Assembly: GCF_020745735.1 (NCBI RefSeq)
Contig: NW_026867487.1
Location: 3,472,001-3,536,000 of the forward strand
Length of the DNA: 64,000 bases
Direction: 5' to 3'
Source: Hemiscyllium ocellatum
Lineage: Eukaryota
The notes beneath the pieces are model-generated. The model was given only the letters and a program-made list of their open reading frames with translations, ran no database searches and was not told the DNA's origin. Each line of letters begins with the position of its first letter. Positions within the stretch are counted from its first letter, which is position 1. This document shows positions 59,996 to 64,000 of the stretch, in pieces. The position numbers were made by a program, and so were the translations under genes.

Positions 59996-60650
59996 CACAG
60001 TGCTGTATTTAATACAAAAATATTGACAAAAATATTAAAAGCTATATCTTCTCTTTTTCACGTGATTGTTAACAGATTGTGCATTCATTTTTTTTCATAT
60101 TCTGACGTGTTTATAAACCCTATTTGCCTTAGCTAGCAAGTTCTCCGTCTTTCACAAATTCCTGTGGTGCCCATTTTTAAAATGTGTCATCCAAATCTTC
60201 AAATTTTCCCAGTGTGCAATTTAATTTTGCTACCAGATGAGATGTTGCTGTTGACTTTCATCTGATTGATTCCCTGATAAATATTGGCCTCGGCATGTAC
60301 AGACATCAGCCAGTGGAGGGTGACATTGTGATACGTTAACTTCAAGATCGAGGAACAGTGAATGGGACTGTAACACTTTTTAAATTGCTATCACTCCTCC
60401 AGACAATATACCCCCAATGCAGCTCTCCTGGCTGCTTCCGACGTTCTTCAGACCAGTACTAAAATGCTCTAGGTGAACATTTCTAAATGTTGGAACAGGT
60501 TTCAAATCGAACACGAATGCAGACAGAATAACACCACACTGTACGACATCGAAACTCTGTGACAAAAAACAATGTACAAATAACAGGGGATTTATAAACC
60601 TCTGGGGCAGATAGAGCTTCTTTGATCGTTTTCAGGTGTACATTGGGCCT

Positions 60651-60830
60651 ATTAGAGTCACAGAGATGTACAGCATTGAAATAGTCCCTTCGGTCCAACC
60701 CGTCCATGCCGACCAGATATCCCAACCCAATCTAGTCCCACCTGCCAGCACCCGGCCCATATCCCTCCAAACACTTCCTATTCATATTCTCATCGAAATG
60801 ACTCTTAAGTGTTGCAATTATACCAGCCTC
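60651..60830 (-). mobile_element. Short CR1 3' tail copy
   Basis: Matches 57915-58038 plus 58293 onward without the insertion. Confidence 0.8.
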
Positions 60831-61494
60831 CACTAGAAGGCACACACAGAGAGTGAGGTAGGAATCCGAGACTGAGTCTACTGATGATTGTTGAAAGGAA
60901 CAAGCAGATCAAAACACATAATTTTAAGTCTAACTAGAGAAAAAAAAACGATAGATTATTATGACGATACGAAAAATGGAAGACGTGATATCAGAGTTTA
61001 TAATGGATAGGTTTGACATTAAGTAAAATGAAGCAGGACGTAGCACAAGAGGGTCAGTACCTTGATAGGGTCATTTTGTGTGGTCACAGAAATTTTAAGG
61101 TGGGCTGAAAATTTCGAAGGGGACAGGCGTCAGTAATTTGGGAGCACCAGCTCACTGGTTAACAATGAAAGCTGCCGTAAACTAGGGAATTTGGACGGAA
61201 AGAAATGGTCTTGAGAATAAGGCTACCGAAAACTTGGGAGCTGTTGATCATGGATTGAGCGAAACTACCGTACTTGTCCATCGTCCGTTTTCAAGGTAAA
61301 TTGTATAACTCATCTTAGGAAGTGTCAATTCACTGATTGTCATGCCTCCCCCTGCCACCATCACGGCATTATCACCGACACAAACCAATGAGGTGAGATC
61401 ATCAACAAATACGACAGCTGCTTCCTGTGAAGCGAAGCTTTAGACTGGTAGTCCTTACTTAACTGACTGCCTTGTTGAATAAATGTCAGAGATA

Positions 61495-61940
61495 ATGCGG
61501 CTGTTGAGCATCTCCTTCGTGTGGGGAACATTTCTAACAGGTAACTGAGAAGCAAATGTATTCCACTTTTCTTTTCAAGCCCCATTTTAAACGAACGACG
61601 TTTGGCAATTGTTATGTGCTTTCCCTTTCAGGCTTGAGTCATGCAGATTCTGTCAGTCAACCACTCTCCTCAGCCGTTCAGACAGAGGGAGGGGCGGTGA
61701 ATCTGAGCTGTACATTTGATACTGCAACGAGCAACTATGTATTATTCTGGTACCGACAACAGCCAGATTCGCAGCCCGAATTTATCCTGAGAAAATATCC
61801 TTCTGGTTCTGAAGATAAGGCAGATTTTGCTAAACGAGGCTTTTTTGCATTACTTCAGACATCGACAAAATCCATGATTTTGACTATTTCATGGCTGCAG
61901 CTGACTGATTCTTCTGTGTACTTCTGCGTGCTCAGTGACA
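61495..61940 (+). CDS. TCR alpha/delta V segment, apparently functional; leader 61495-61540, V exon 61632-61940
   Basis: Leader MRLLSISFVWGTFLT + GTAACT, 91-nt intron. Open exon DSVSQPLSSAVQTEGGAVNLSCTFDTATSNYVLFWYRQQPDSQPEFIL...DSSVYFCVLSD. Confidence 0.93.
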
Positions 61941-61979
61941 CACAGTGATGACAAAGTGTCCCACCTCAGTGCAAAAACT
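61941..61979 (+). other. RSS, 23-bp spacer
   Basis: CACAGTG + 23 nt + GCAAAAACT. Confidence 0.95.
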
Positions 61980-62589
61980 GTCTTTCAAGGTAGATAGTAT
62001 TCATCCGTTGGAATTTATGCAGAAACCTGGACAGTACAATGTGATTTTAGGAACTCACACTCACTAACCAAACCAAACTAACCACGGATCAAACTGTCAA
62101 CCAACTGTTTTCGTAGTTGCTGAGAAATTGAACTGCACACTCCCGAACAGAGTAATATTTAAGCAGACCCAATTGTACTTCCCACTCTAAAGAACCCGCT
62201 GTCATATTAGTTGCAGACAATGAGCTAGGAATTAGCTGTCCATCTCTAAGCTCACATCCTCACCTCCATCACAAGCCAATTGCGACCAGACAGACTACAT
62301 GAGATTCCTGAGAGCTGAGCTTTTGATTGGCCGTCTTCAATATTCGATGACCCTGTTACAAAGAAGAAAGTAACAATATATCTGCTTTGTATCTGAATTG
62401 TGCAGTTAGCACTTTTACCGCGTGAATGTGAAAGAAGTACATTTGAACTTCCTTTTGAAATTTTATTTCAAACTGACTCCTGCTGGGAATTTTCTAATTT
62501 AAACGTGATCACTTTTCTTGACTTGAATCGTGGAAATTCTGTTTTTCAATCACTCCCCTCAAGTCTTTAAGCAGAAGGCGAGGCAACGA

Positions 62590-63650
62590 CTCTAAGGTCA
62601 CAGAGTCATAGAAACATACAGAACAGAAATAGACCTTTGCGTCCAACTTGTCAATGCCGACCAGGTATCCTATACTAATCTGGTCCCATTTTCCAGCACT
62701 TGGCCGATAATCTGGCAAACTTTTCCGATTCATATACTCACCCAGATGAGTTTGAAATGTTGTAATTATGCCACTCTCCACCAATTTCTCTGACAACTCA
62801 TTCTATACAGCCGCATATTTGAGTAATAACAGTTGCCTCATAGGTTCCTTTTAAATTATTCCCCTTGCACCCTAAATCTTAAAGTTCTAGACCACCCCAC
62901 CCAAGGGAAGATACCGTGTCTACTTACTCTATTTACGCCTTTCATGATTTTATAAACCTCTGCCAGGCTACCCCTCAGCCTCTGATGCTCTAGTGAGAAC
63001 AGGCCCAGTCTATTCAGCCTATATTTTTAGATTAAACCCTGCAACCCTGGCAACCTTTTTCTATTTTTTCTTCATGGAACACTTTCAAATTTCACAAAAT
63101 CCTTGAGACCAGAAATGCACACAACATTCCAAAAGTGGCCTAACCAATGTCCTGTACAGCCACATCATGACCTCCCAACTCCTATACTCATTGCTCTGAT
63201 CAGCAAAGAAAACCATGCCAAACGTCTTCTTCACTATCCTACCTACTGACGACTCCACTTTCAAGTAACTATGAACGTGCACTGCAAGGTTATGTATTCA
63301 ACAACACCCCCAGAACCTTTCCATTATGTGTTGAAACCCTGCCCTAATTTGCCTTCACTAGTTGCAGTACCTAAATTGATCTATGTCTGCCACTTCTCGA
63401 CCCATTCGCCATTCTGACTAAGATACAGTTGTAGTCGGAGAAAACCTTCTTCGCTGTCGACAATATCTCCAATTTTGGTGTCATCTGCCAACTTACTAAG
63501 TATACCTTCTATGGTCACATCGAAATCATTTATTGAAATGATGAAAGTCGATGGATCCAGCACCAATCTTTGCAACACAGCACTCATCAGAGGTCTCCAA
63601 CCTGAAAGGCAACCCTCCACCACCACCCTCCGTCTTCTACATTCGATCTA
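62590..63650 (-). mobile_element. Decayed CR1 LINE (RT C-terminal half and tail)
   Basis: ORF track fragments SGWRPLMSAVLQRLVL...KLADDTKIG and LYRTLVRPLLECCVHFW. Confidence 0.85.
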
Positions 63651-64000
63651 ATTCTGTATGCAAATAGGTAGTCGATACGTTCTACTGGGACTGACATCTA
63701 TCAAATACGCGACAGAATATTTACAGAGAAAATATTGCGATTGTGATGACGATAAAGTAGATTTTACTGAAAAGTTATTATTTTGCAGACCTCTAATAAC
63801 TTAATCAGCATTTCTTTTACTTCACTGGTTTTGAGTGGTAATGGTTCCACATGTTCGAGAGCATCGGTGATGATGTTTCCTGTTCTTTAATTGTTACAAA
63901 CATGCAATAAATTTCGGAAGTTGCAGATCATTAAGGACACAGTTTTAGATATAGCTAACATTGGTCAGAATGTAAATTTACGGCTGTTTAAAAGGTCGGT

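Noticed and set aside
1-64000. Prokaryotic-type systems (CRISPR arrays, operons, rRNA or tRNA genes)
   Set aside because: The sequence is vertebrate (spliceosomal introns, RSSs, SINE/LINE content). No regularly spaced direct repeats were seen, and the tRNA-like sequences are SINE heads.

Overview
Eukaryotic, repeat-rich DNA from a cartilaginous fish, most likely a shark (the SINE/LINE content suggests a carpet shark; the species cannot be fixed from sequence alone). The window is part of an antigen-receptor variable-gene array, best read as the T-cell receptor alpha/delta V region. I find about 18 V segments or relics, and no D, J or C. Most have the leader exon / short intron / V exon / 23-bp-spacer RSS layout, and they lie on both strands. 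Five look functional: 1.5 kb, 17.2 kb, 27.7 kb, 30.2 kb and 61.6 kb. Two have intact V frames but a broken leader donor (8.3 kb) or RSS heptamer (56.8 kb). The rest are pseudogenes or fragments. Four segments are IgH-like rather than TCR-like and resemble the TCR-associated Ig-like V (TAILV) class described in nurse shark. The intergenic DNA holds HE1-type SINEs, decayed CR1 and Rex/Babar LINEs, Gypsy LTR remnants, a Penelope GIY-YIG remnant, microsatellites and one assembly gap. The least expected signal is a roughly 130-bp repeat family (about 8 copies, twice as inverted pairs) that carries a minimal hammerhead-ribozyme core. Almost all other ORFs in the supplied track are spurious or TE debris. 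Coordinates for V genes and RSSs were counted by hand; TE boundaries are approximate.
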